Assembly: GCA_964552565.1 (NCBI GenBank)
Contig: CAZKGL010000001.1
Location: 435,061 to 499,060, forward strand
Origin: an uncultured Gammaproteobacteria bacterium
Lineage (GTDB): Bacteria; Patescibacteriota; Patescibacteriia; UBA9934
Length of the DNA: 64,000 bases
Reading direction: 5' to 3'
Part shown: piece by piece, positions 35,933 to 44,246 of the stretch
How the letters are laid out: every line of letters starts with the position of its first letter
Position numbering within the stretch: position 1 is the first letter of the stretch
Notes under the pieces: model-generated
The model's database searches: none
Told to the model about the DNA's origin: nothing
Seen by the model: only the letters and a program-made list of their open reading frames with translations
Position numbers and translations under genes: made by a program

Positions 35933-35961
35933 TTGACGAAACCCTATTTCTTTGCTAATTT
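35933..35961 (+). promoter_or_regulatory. Putative sigma-70-type promoter upstream of the 36051 gene
   Basis: TTGACG-17 nt-TAATTT; a downstream leader carries AAGGAGG 7 nt before the ATG. Confidence 0.4.
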
Positions 35962-36050
35962 CTAGACTTTTCTCGTGGCTGAGGCAGCCATGGAAAAGCC
36001 CCTCCCCTCAGGGAATCCACCCGAACGCCCCACAAGGAGGCTCGGAACCC

Positions 36051-36389
36051 ATGTCCCAACCCGCCGTGCAGCAGATCGTCGAGGCCGCAGAGCGGCGCAC
36101 CCTCACGATCGAGATGATCGAGGCCGCCGCCCGGAACACCCAGCGCGTGGGCCGCAAGGAGCTCGCCAGCGCGCTGAAGACCGCGTCGCGGTCCATGCCG
36201 ACGCTGGTCGACCAGGCCTGCCGCACCAGCGCCGTCACCAAGGACCGGCTGGGCGCAGAGCTCGTCGAAGAGGTGCGGCGCCACACGGATGCCGGCGACA
36301 TCCCGATCACGAGCGACATGACGTTCGACCGCATCATGCGGATCATCGCCTCACGGCTTCGGGAACCGGGGTACCGGATGACGGGATAG
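36051..36389 (+). CDS. Hypothetical protein (112 aa)
   Basis: Strong RBS (AAGGAGG) before ATG 36051; no recognisable family. Confidence 0.5.
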   Translation: MSQPAVQQIVEAAERRTLTIEMIEAAARNTQRVGRKELASALKTASRSMPTLVDQACRTSAVTKDRLGAELVEEVRRHTDAGDIPITSDMTFDRIMRIIASRLREPGYRMTG

Positions 36390-36407
36390 GGTTCACGGAA
36401 ACACGGA

Positions 36408-36450
36408 CGGCAGGAGCTCCCACTCGGGACTCCTGCCGTTGCTCGTTGTT
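36408..36450. terminator. Terminator-like hairpin between convergent 36051-36389 (+) and mnmA (-)
   Basis: CGGCAGGAG...CTCCTGCCG 9-bp stem followed by TTGCTCGTTGTT. Confidence 0.5.
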
Positions 36451-37564
36451 ATGCAGCAATGACGCCGCTACCGATGAGTTCGTCGCCGTCGTAGAACGCG
36501 ATGAACTGCCCCGGCGCGACGGCGCGCTGCGGCGTGTCGAAGGTGACGACCACCCCCGAACCCCCTCCATGAATGGAGGGGGACTTCGCTCCCTCTTGGC
36601 TACCCCCATTCATGGGGGCTAGGGGGTAGACGACACACGGGGCGAGCGGCTGGCGGTAGCGGATGCGCGCCGCGATTTTTTTGTTTTGCGCGTCCGTGAG
36701 GTTGCCCGGAACGGTCTCCGTCAGGTCCGTCGCAACGAGTGCGGAACGGTACAGCGCCGGATCCTCGTCCCCAACCGCGACCACGACCTCGTTCGTCTCC
36801 GGACGGCGTTCGACGACATAGAGCGGCGTCCCGCCGCCGACACCAAGCCCCTCGCGCTGGCCGATGGTGTAGAACGCGAACCCCTTGTGCGTGCCGAGGA
36901 CCTTTCCGTCCGTCGTCACAATGTTTCCCTCGTGCGGCGCAATGCGTTCGGCAAGGAAATCGACCATGTCGACTTTGCCGACAAAGCAGATACCTTGGCT
37001 GTCCTTTTTCTCCGCGACCGGAAGCGCAAACTTCCGTGCACGCTCGCGCACCTCGGGTTTCGTGTACTCGCCAATCGGGAAGATGACGCGGCGCAACTGC
37101 TCCTGCGTCAACTGACAAAGGAAGTAGCTTTGGTCCTTGTTCGTGTCGACGCCGGCATACAACCGCCCGTCCTTCACGCGGGCGTAGTGCCCGGTTGCCA
37201 CGAAGGCGCACCCCAGCGCGTCCGCTTCGCGGAGGAACAGGTCGAACTTCATGTACTTGTTGCACCGCACGTCCGGATTCGGTGTGCGTCCCGCCCTGTA
37301 CTCGGCGATCATGTACTCGTATACCTTGCGGCGATACTCCTCCTCAAAGTCGAACGTATGGAATGGGATACCGAGCTGCGCTGCGACCCGCATCGCGTCG
37401 CGCCGCTCCGCGCGCCAGCCGCAACTTTCGTCCTCAGTCCCGTCGCTCCAGTTCTTCATGAATCCGCCGACGACCTCATAACCCTGTTCCAACAGCAATG
37501 CCGCGCTGACGCTTGAGTCAACGCCGCCAGAGAGGCCCACAAGGACGCGAGGCTTCGGCTGCAT
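36449..37564 (-). CDS. mnmA: tRNA-specific 2-thiouridylase MnmA
   Basis: PP-loop SGGVDSSV, catalytic Cys region and C-terminal barrel (AVAPGQFIAFYDGDELIGSGVI); contains an in-frame family-1 repeat at 36552-36628. Confidence 0.9.
   Translation of the reverse strand: MQPKPRVLVGLSGGVDSSVSAALLLEQGYEVVGGFMKNWSDGTEDESCGWRAERRDAMRVAAQLGIPFHTFDFEEEYRRKVYEYMIAEYRAGRTPNPDVRCNKYMKFDLFLREADALGCAFVATGHYARVKDGRLYAGVDTNKDQSYFLCQLTQEQLRRVIFPIGEYTKPEVRERARKFALPVAEKKDSQGICFVGKVDMVDFLAERIAPHEGNIVTTDGKVLGTHKGFAFYTIGQREGLGVGGGTPLYVVERRPETNEVVVAVGDEDPALYRSALVATDLTETVPGNLTDAQNKKIAARIRYRQPLAPCVVYPLAPMNGGSQEGAKSPSIHGGGSGVVVTFDTPQRAVAPGQFIAFYDGDELIGSGVIAA
36552..36628. repeat. GC-rich double-hairpin repeat (family 1, in-frame copy within mnmA)
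   Basis: ~90% identical to 40752-40828; hairpins CCCCCTCCA-TGAA-TGGAGGGGG and CTACCCCC..GGGGGTAG; encodes PLAPMNGGSQEGAKSPSIHGGGSGVV. Confidence 0.7.
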
Positions 37565-37576
37565 AAGCGCAGCATG

Positions 37577-38266
37577 CTACCCGACTGTACGGAAGATGTC
37601 GAGCTCTGGCTCTGCGGCAACGGTGATGCGCTCCTTCGTGACCGGTTGGTCAAACTCGAGCGACCGGGCGAACAGCCCGATGGCGCCGCTGTGACCCTCC
37701 CCCTGCCCGAGGGGGAGTTGGAGGGGGTGGGAGGCGCCGTATTTTTTGTCGCCGACGATCGGGGTGCCGAGCGATGCCATGGCCACGCGAATCTGGTGCG
37801 GCCGTCCTGTTGCGGGTTGCACCTCGACAAGCGATCGCCCGTCCTTGGACGCGAGGACGCGGTACGAGAGTTGCGCCCGCTGCGAATCCGGGACCTCGTG
37901 GTCGTACGCGGTCACGAAATTCTTCGCCTCGTCCTTCACCAGCCACTGGATCACATCGCCTGCGGTTTTTTCCGGCCTGCCTTCCACGACCGCCCAATAC
38001 GTCTTGTCGATGCTGTGCGAACGGAACTGTTCAGACAGGCGGCTCGCGCCCTTCGATGTCTTTGCGAACAGCACGACGCCCCCGACCGGCCGGTCGAGGC
38101 GGTGGAGCAGCCCCAAAAACACGTTGCCGGGCTTCGCGTCGCGCGACTTCAGCAATGCTTTTACTTCGTCCATCACATTGACGTCCCCTGTCTCGTCGCC
38201 CTGCGTCAGCATGCCGTGCGGTTTGCGGACGGCAATCAGGTGGTTATCTTCGTAGAGGATGTCCAT
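37577..38266 (-). CDS. RluA-family pseudouridine synthase
   Basis: Catalytic motif HRLDRPVGGVVLFAK plus the C-terminal GDKKYG...LFARSLEF region typical of RluA/RluD-type enzymes. Confidence 0.85.
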   Translation of the reverse strand: MDILYEDNHLIAVRKPHGMLTQGDETGDVNVMDEVKALLKSRDAKPGNVFLGLLHRLDRPVGGVVLFAKTSKGASRLSEQFRSHSIDKTYWAVVEGRPEKTAGDVIQWLVKDEAKNFVTAYDHEVPDSQRAQLSYRVLASKDGRSLVEVQPATGRPHQIRVAMASLGTPIVGDKKYGASHPLQLPLGQGEGHSGAIGLFARSLEFDQPVTKERITVAAEPELDIFRTVG

Positions 38267-38384
38267 ACCGCCGAAAGATTAACATATGGCGGACGGAGGC
38301 GCTACTACGGCGGCGTCCGGATAAATAGCGGCTTCATAATTTTGCGATCGTGAAGTTATGAAGCTTCGCAGCTGTCAGCTACAT

Positions 38385-38957
38385 CTATTGCTCCTTGATG
38401 CCGAACTTCTTGAATATCCCCTCAACCGTCGATTGTTGCGCTTCGGTGTCCGCGGCAAGCACGACCGCCTCGCCGTCGTCCCAATGCAACGTGTAGAGGT
38501 ATTTCGGCCCGCGGTGGGTCGCCGTGTTCCGCTTCGAGTATGTCACGCCCTCCCCCGAAAGCTGCTCGTCCTCGCTTCCCTTCTGCCGCCGCAACTCGCC
38601 CGTCTCTTTGTTGTAGATGTACAGCGTGTCGCGGCTTGCAATCCCGTCCGTTGCGCGGTCCGCAACCTGCGCGCGGCCTACGCCAAACATGCTCCACGAC
38701 CCGACCGCAAGCATGAGGCACAACGCGCCGAATACGATGGCGGCGACCGCCCCCGTTTTCCCATTCGCGACCGCGATGCCGCCGGGGACGATGAAGAGCG
38801 CCCCCAGAATAAGGCACCATGCAATCAGCCACGGCCAGGTCTTCACGGTCGTCTCGTTGAATGGCGCAAATCGGATAATGAGCAGGTCGTCCTGCGCAAG
38901 CACGCCGTACTGCAGCAGTTCGTACAAGGATTCTGCCCCTGCGATCGTTGCAAGCAT
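38385..38957 (-). CDS. Hypothetical membrane protein (190 aa)
   Basis: Two hydrophobic helices (WLIAWCLILGALFIVPGGIAV, AVAAIVFGALCLMLAVG) with a hydrophilic C-terminus; no family. Confidence 0.45.
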   Translation of the reverse strand: MLATIAGAESLYELLQYGVLAQDDLLIIRFAPFNETTVKTWPWLIAWCLILGALFIVPGGIAVANGKTGAVAAIVFGALCLMLAVGSWSMFGVGRAQVADRATDGIASRDTLYIYNKETGELRRQKGSEDEQLSGEGVTYSKRNTATHRGPKYLYTLHWDDGEAVVLAADTEAQQSTVEGIFKKFGIKEQ

Positions 38958-38960
38958 AGA

Positions 38961-39827
38961 TTATGTCCCCCAAGAAGAACGAATGACGATGCCGGTCGGG
39001 AGTTCGAATGCTCGCGGCGTGGTTTCTTTCAAGGTCAACTCGACCGAGGACAACGACTGCGCACACGGCACCGTCGTACGCACGAGATTCTCGATGGCGA
39101 GCGCCGGGAATCCGAGCGAGTACGCGTTCACAAGGAGATGGCCGCGTTCCTTGTTCAGCAATTGCGCACACATGTCGAGCAGCTTCGGCAAGTGCTCTTC
39201 AAACTTCCACAGCTCCCCCTCCGGGCCGCGGCCGAACGCGGGCGGGTCCATGACGATCGCGTCGTACGTATTGCCGCGGCGGACCTCGCGCCCGACGAAC
39301 TTCATCACGTCGTCAGTGATGTACCGCACCGTGCGGTTGCCAAGGCCGGACAACTCGATGTTTTCCTTGACCCACGCGATCGCCGGCTTGCTCCCGTCGA
39401 CATGGACGACCTCGGCGCCCGCCGATGCGCACGCGAGCGTCACGCCGCCGGTGTAGCCAAACAGGTTCAACACCTTCATGCCCGGCTGCACGACGCCGCG
39501 AAGATACTTCCAGTTCGACGCCTGTTCCGGAAATAACCCCGTGTGTTTGAACGACGTCGTGCGGATGCGGAACCGCAGGTCCTCCCACTGCACGGTCCAC
39601 GACGACGGCAACGGACGGATGATATCCCAGTCCCCTTCACGACCGGTCCGCGTGTACGTCGCCCACGCCTTGTTCCAGGCATCGGCGCCAGACTTTCGCC
39701 ACAACGCCTGCGGCTCGGGACGTACCATGACGACGTCCCCATAGCGCTCGCATTTTTCAAAATCGCCCGAGTCGATGAGTTCGACGTCGGACCATGGTGC
39801 GGCCTCCCGTGTGAGCGGCGTCGCCAT
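38961..39827 (-). CDS. Class I SAM-dependent RNA methyltransferase (RlmI/YwbD-like family)
   Basis: SAM-binding motif VLNLFGYTGGVTLACASAGA, acidic motif DVMKF, post-motif DAIVMDPPAFGRG. Confidence 0.7.
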   Translation of the reverse strand: MATPLTREAAPWSDVELIDSGDFEKCERYGDVVMVRPEPQALWRKSGADAWNKAWATYTRTGREGDWDIIRPLPSSWTVQWEDLRFRIRTTSFKHTGLFPEQASNWKYLRGVVQPGMKVLNLFGYTGGVTLACASAGAEVVHVDGSKPAIAWVKENIELSGLGNRTVRYITDDVMKFVGREVRRGNTYDAIVMDPPAFGRGPEGELWKFEEHLPKLLDMCAQLLNKERGHLLVNAYSLGFPALAIENLVRTTVPCAQSLSSVELTLKETTPRAFELPTGIVIRSSWGT

Positions 39828-39828
39828 A

Positions 39829-40638
39829 CTACGCGGTCAAGCGATCCGCAAACACGGTGAGGAGCAGCAGGCCGAACGCAATGCGATACAGCGCAAACAC
39901 ACCGAACCCCGTCTTGCGGATGATAAAAAACAACAAGCGGATGGCAATGACGCCAAAGATGAGCGCGGAGGCGAAACCGATACCGAGCATGCCCCATGCG
40001 AGGTCTGTCGCCCCGGCATCGACAACATCCCACGCCGTCTTAGCGCCTGCGCCAACGATGGCGGGTATTGCGAGGAGGAAGGAAAAGCGCGCCGCCTGCC
40101 CGCGGTCCATGCCGGAGAACAAGCCGATGGTCATGGTCGCGCCCGACCGCGAGGTGCCCGGGATGAGCGCGAAAGCTTGCGCGACGCCAACGGCAACCGC
40201 CTGGCCCCACGTGACATCGTGGACGCGACGCGCGTCGATGGTGCGCTTCTTTGGGACGTAGTCGGCAATGCCAAGCAGGATGCCCCACGCAATGAGCATT
40301 GCCGCGACGACCGGCAGCGTGCGCACTGCGTCCATCATGCTGCCGAGCGCGGCGCCGACGATGACCGCCGGGATGGTCGCCACGAGCAGCTTCACTGCCA
40401 ACGACCGGTCGGCCCGGACCCTTTCGCGGATGCCCTTCACGAGGGCGCCGATTTCGCGGCGCATGGCGATGACGATGGCGAGCAGCGTCGCAAGGTGGAC
40501 CGCCACATCGAACACCAACCCTTGCGCCTCCCAACCGAAGAGCGCCGGAATCGCAAGAAGGTGGCCGGAGCTCGAAATGGGGAGGAACTCGGTGAGGCCC
40601 TGGACCGCGCCAAGCACTGCCGCCTCAAGGAACGTCAT
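39829..40638 (-). CDS. uppP: Undecaprenyl-diphosphate phosphatase
   Basis: UppP/BacA signature (GAVQGLTEFLPISSSGHL...PGTSRSGATM) with 8 TM helices; its start overlaps the stop of the upstream ATPase gene (ATGA). Confidence 0.85.
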   Translation of the reverse strand: MTFLEAAVLGAVQGLTEFLPISSSGHLLAIPALFGWEAQGLVFDVAVHLATLLAIVIAMRREIGALVKGIRERVRADRSLAVKLLVATIPAVIVGAALGSMMDAVRTLPVVAAMLIAWGILLGIADYVPKKRTIDARRVHDVTWGQAVAVGVAQAFALIPGTSRSGATMTIGLFSGMDRGQAARFSFLLAIPAIVGAGAKTAWDVVDAGATDLAWGMLGIGFASALIFGVIAIRLLFFIIRKTGFGVFALYRIAFGLLLLTVFADRLTA

Positions 40639-42530
40639 AGCTCTTCGTCAAACGTTATGCGCTCGCCGGGCATGACCTGCTGCGGCGCGGCGGCTGGCGC
40701 GTCCCCGCCGTTCCCGCGGTTGCGGCGTCGGCGTCGGCGTTTGCGGCCAACCACCCCCGAGCCCCCTCCATCAATGGAGGGGGACCCGGTTCCCTCTTGG
40801 CTACCCCCATTCATGGGGGCGAGGGGGTTGAGCATGTCGCCTGCACGTGGTGCGGCGTCGTCGTGCGCCGGGACGGGTTTCGGCGGTGACGCCTCGGGTT
40901 TCTTTACGGGGGAAAGTGCGGACAACGACATGCTTTCGCCCGCCTCCCGCGCAACAGGCTCACCGTCATGCACCTTCGGCGCCGGCCCGGACTCCTTGCC
41001 CTTCTGGCGTACCTCCTTCTTTTCCTTCCCCTTCTTCCGCTCCTCCATCACGATGGGGTGGCACTCTTCACAGTAAATCGGGCGCGACCGGTCAAGCTCC
41101 ACCGGCAACAAAAACTTCTTCCCGCAGCGGGTGCAGTCATACTCGTGGCTGTACCGCTTCTTTTTGTCCTCCTTCTTTTGCGCCGCGACCGCGGCGAGCG
41201 CTCCGGCCACGTCGACGTTCGGGTCAAACCCCGCCCACGTCGCGACGTGCTCTTCAATCTGCGCCTTGTTGCCGGCGTACCGTTCGCGCGACTGCGCGAT
41301 GACCCGCTCCGCGCTGCCCGTGCGCTGGGCGATGGGCGGCAGCGTCTGCGCCGAAAACGGATGGCTCGTCACGCCGTCAATCATGAGTTTGACGTAGATG
41401 GCGTGCTTCGGGAGGTTGATGATGTCTTCCGGCGTGAACCGCGGCATGAGCTCGTTCTCGAGGAAGACGGCGTCCGGCGAGCCGACGCGGAAGAACACCA
41501 TGCTGCCGACGTTGCCGAACACTGCGTCCCGCACCGCAGTCGACGTCCCCTGCTCGAGCTGGGCGATGTACTGGTGCGCCATGATGAGGTTGAGCCGGTA
41601 CTTGCGCGCTTCAGAGAGCACGCTTGCGAACGATTCGACGGCAAAGTTCTGGAATTCGTCGACGTACAGGTAGAAATCGTTCCGCTCGGACTCCGGGACA
41701 TTCACGCGCTCCATGGCCGACATCTGGATCTTCGTGATGAGCATGCCGCCGAGGAGGCGCATCGCATCTTCACCGACGCGCCCCTTGGAGAGGTTGATGA
41801 TGAAAATCTTCTGGCTGTCCATGATGTCGCGGATGTTGATGGACGACTTCGCCTGCGCGACGATGTTGCGAATGACCGACGACGACAAGAATTGGCCGAT
41901 CTTGTTTTGGATCGGCGCAACCGCCTCGGTCGCGAATTTCGCATCATATTGGGCGAACTCCTGCAGCCAGAACTGTTTGACGATCGGGTCGGTGACGTTC
42001 GTGATGATCTGCGCGCGGTAGTCCTTATCCGACAGCATGCGATTGATGCCGAGCAGCGTGGATCCCGACGTGTCGAGGAGCGCAAGGATGGTGTTATTCA
42101 AAATGTACTCCATGCGCGCCGACCACACGTTCTCCCAGATCTTTTTGAACACCGACATGAGGCTCGACGCGACGAGGTGCTTCATGGTCGGATCCACCGA
42201 CTCGAGGATGTTGAAGCCGATCGGGTAGTCGAGGTCCGACGGATTGAAATACACGACGTCGTTGATGCGCCAGGACGGGATGTAATCGATCAGCTTTTCC
42301 GCGGTGTCGCCGTGCGGATCGACATAACAACACCCGTGGCCGGCGTAGATGTCGGCCAGGATCATGTTCTCGAGCAGCGTCGTCTTGCCCATGCCGGTCT
42401 TTCCGATGACGTACATGTGCCGGCGGCGGTCGTCGGTCTTGACGCCGAACTTGCGCATCGCATTCCGGAAGTTGGTCTTGCCGAAATAGATGACGTCGCT
42501 CTCGTGGTCATGTTCGTAACGCATTGGCAT
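40635..42530 (-). CDS. FtsK/HerA/TraG-superfamily P-loop ATPase resembling type IV coupling proteins (TraD/VirD4-like), soluble, with a C-terminal zinc ribbon and basic tail
   Basis: Walker A VIGKTGMGKTT, YVDPHGD (like the DPKG motif of TraD/VirD4), Walker B FYLYVDEFQNF, Zn ribbon YDCTRCGKKF...IYCEECH, Arg-rich tail; contains an in-frame family-1 repeat. Confidence 0.65.
   Translation of the reverse strand: MPMRYEHDHESDVIYFGKTNFRNAMRKFGVKTDDRRRHMYVIGKTGMGKTTLLENMILADIYAGHGCCYVDPHGDTAEKLIDYIPSWRINDVVYFNPSDLDYPIGFNILESVDPTMKHLVASSLMSVFKKIWENVWSARMEYILNNTILALLDTSGSTLLGINRMLSDKDYRAQIITNVTDPIVKQFWLQEFAQYDAKFATEAVAPIQNKIGQFLSSSVIRNIVAQAKSSINIRDIMDSQKIFIINLSKGRVGEDAMRLLGGMLITKIQMSAMERVNVPESERNDFYLYVDEFQNFAVESFASVLSEARKYRLNLIMAHQYIAQLEQGTSTAVRDAVFGNVGSMVFFRVGSPDAVFLENELMPRFTPEDIINLPKHAIYVKLMIDGVTSHPFSAQTLPPIAQRTGSAERVIAQSRERYAGNKAQIEEHVATWAGFDPNVDVAGALAAVAAQKKEDKKKRYSHEYDCTRCGKKFLLPVELDRSRPIYCEECHPIVMEERKKGKEKKEVRQKGKESGPAPKVHDGEPVAREAGESMSLSALSPVKKPEASPPKPVPAHDDAAPRAGDMLNPLAPMNGGSQEGTGSPSIDGGGSGVVGRKRRRRRRNRGNGGDAPAAAPQQVMPGERITFDEEL
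40752..40828. repeat. GC-rich double-hairpin repeat (family 1, in-frame copy within the T4CP-like ATPase gene)
   Basis: Near-identical to 36552-36628; encodes PLAPMNGGSQEGTGSPSIDGGGSGVV in the C-terminal tail. Confidence 0.7.
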
Positions 42531-42538
42531 AGCGCAAA

Positions 42539-44170
42539 CTACAGCACGGGCAAATTCCCCGGCGCGTCGTCGTCATCACTGATCGGTTCTGCGGCAAGGT
42601 TCAGGCCCGGCGGAAGCGGCGCAGGTTTGCCTGGTTGCGGGACGAACTCGGCGTGCGCAGGGGCGGCATGCGCCGGCGCAGCGGCGTGGGCCGGAGCACG
42701 GGCCGGGGCACCGCCGGTCGGCGCATGCGGCGTCGGGACGGATAACACCCCCGCCTCTTCTTCGCCGACCCCGTACTCCCCGCCCTTCTCCTTCATGAGT
42801 TCCTTCCAGTCCGGGAGATCCGGCGCATCGTCGTCCGCGAACGGCAATGCGAGCGGCGCTTCTGCGCGGCGGGCGCCCGACGTGGCGAGAATCGGGGTCC
42901 GGGCGTCGGCCGGCGGGAAGTGGAACAGCGACGCAAGTTCCTCCGAGTTCAGAATGTACGGCGGCGCGCCGGCACCAAGCTGGCGGCCCTTGTAGCGCTT
43001 CACCAGCCGCGTCATGCGCGCAAAAATCTGCCACTCCAACCAGAAGTAGTCGTCCTTCGGCGTGGCCGGGTCGTGCATGCCGAACTTGTTCATGTTCAGG
43101 TGCGCGAACGGATGGAACATGCCCTTGATGACCGACGCAATGAGCGGCTTGCGGTACGTCTCGTGCACCGCGCAGTACACCACGCGGATCTTTGTATACC
43201 ACCCGAGCTTGCTGATCTTCTCCGCAATGGCGTCCGAAACACTGCGCTCGGTCGGCGTCATCTTGAACATGCGGAAATCGTCCGCCTTCTTCTCTTCGTG
43301 GCCGCCCTCGCCCATAAGGTCCAGCCCGGCGGTCTGCTTCAGCACCTCGTTCGGCAACCAAGCAACGCCGCCCATGATCTGCGACGTCATGCTCGGCGCG
43401 TGCTTCTCCTCCTTGCCCATGAGCTTGTTGAGGTACTTCTCGCCCTCCTTCGCCCAGTCCTGTTCGTCCGGCTGTTGGATGATGATCTGCACCCACAAGT
43501 GCTCGCCCTTCTGCATCTTGCCCATGATCTCGATGACGTTGAGGAGCGGATCCTTAAACCGCATGTCCTTTTCGCCAAGATGCTCAAAATCCGCGTACGT
43601 ACGGATCGGGTAGAACATCGGCTTGCTGAGCTTCATTTCGCTGCCGAAGACGAGGTGCGTGTCGTTCGGATACTTGTCCGGGATGCGGTCGACGTAGTCC
43701 TCGACCTCCATGATCTGCGCCTCGGGGTACTGTGCGTAGAGCGCGGCCTCGACAAGATCGCGGTATTTCTCCGGCGTACGGATGTAGAACTTCACGTCGC
43801 CTTCGCTGCCCACGATCTCGAAGCTGAAAAATGCCTGGAACTTGCCGAGAAGATGCGCCTCCTTCCACGTAATCGCCGACTTTGAGCCCGCGATGTTGTT
43901 GAAGAAGTTCTCCATGCCCTTCGGCGTGTTGATGGCGCCTTGGGGGATGCTGATGTTGAGGAGCACCCAGTCGATATGCGCAAGGTACTGCCCTTGCTTG
44001 TAGTCGACCCATACTTCCGTGAAGCCCCAGATGAGGACGCCGAAAATAGGGATCCACCCGAACACGAGCAGTGCGTGCGACGCCATCTCGAAGACCGGCG
44101 TGGTCGCGATGTAGTGATCGACGGCCGGTGGCAGGTTGAATGCGATGCCGAGCATAATTGCTCGCATCAT
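42539..44170 (-). CDS. Membrane protein partner of the T4CP-like ATPase (N-terminal TM helices plus a large soluble domain and a Pro/Ala-rich acidic tail)
   Basis: ATG at 44168-44170 (the listed ORF starts at an upstream TTG); TM segments (IMLGIAFNLPP, HALLVFGWIPIFGVLIWGF); ends 8 nt before the ATPase gene. Confidence 0.55.
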   Translation of the reverse strand: MMRAIMLGIAFNLPPAVDHYIATTPVFEMASHALLVFGWIPIFGVLIWGFTEVWVDYKQGQYLAHIDWVLLNISIPQGAINTPKGMENFFNNIAGSKSAITWKEAHLLGKFQAFFSFEIVGSEGDVKFYIRTPEKYRDLVEAALYAQYPEAQIMEVEDYVDRIPDKYPNDTHLVFGSEMKLSKPMFYPIRTYADFEHLGEKDMRFKDPLLNVIEIMGKMQKGEHLWVQIIIQQPDEQDWAKEGEKYLNKLMGKEEKHAPSMTSQIMGGVAWLPNEVLKQTAGLDLMGEGGHEEKKADDFRMFKMTPTERSVSDAIAEKISKLGWYTKIRVVYCAVHETYRKPLIASVIKGMFHPFAHLNMNKFGMHDPATPKDDYFWLEWQIFARMTRLVKRYKGRQLGAGAPPYILNSEELASLFHFPPADARTPILATSGARRAEAPLALPFADDDAPDLPDWKELMKEKGGEYGVGEEEAGVLSVPTPHAPTGGAPARAPAHAAAPAHAAPAHAEFVPQPGKPAPLPPGLNLAAEPISDDDDAPGNLPVL

Positions 44171-44246
44171 AACACAAACACACCTTGCTGTGGAAACACA
44201 CAAAAAACCATCCCGCGCACTGCCGCGCAGGACGGTTTCTTGTTCG

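Noticed and set aside
37693-37738. GC-rich hairpin-like segment (CCCTCCCCCTGCCCGAGGGGGAGTTGGAGGGGGTGGGAGG) inside the RluA-family gene, encoding PLQLPLGQGEGHSG
   Set aside because: Superficially similar to the family-1 and family-2 repeats (C5/G5 runs, flanking GGCGCC). But there is no extended nucleotide identity to either family, and the encoded segment falls in a region that is variable in length in RluA/RluD proteins, so it need not be an insertion. Kept as unproven.
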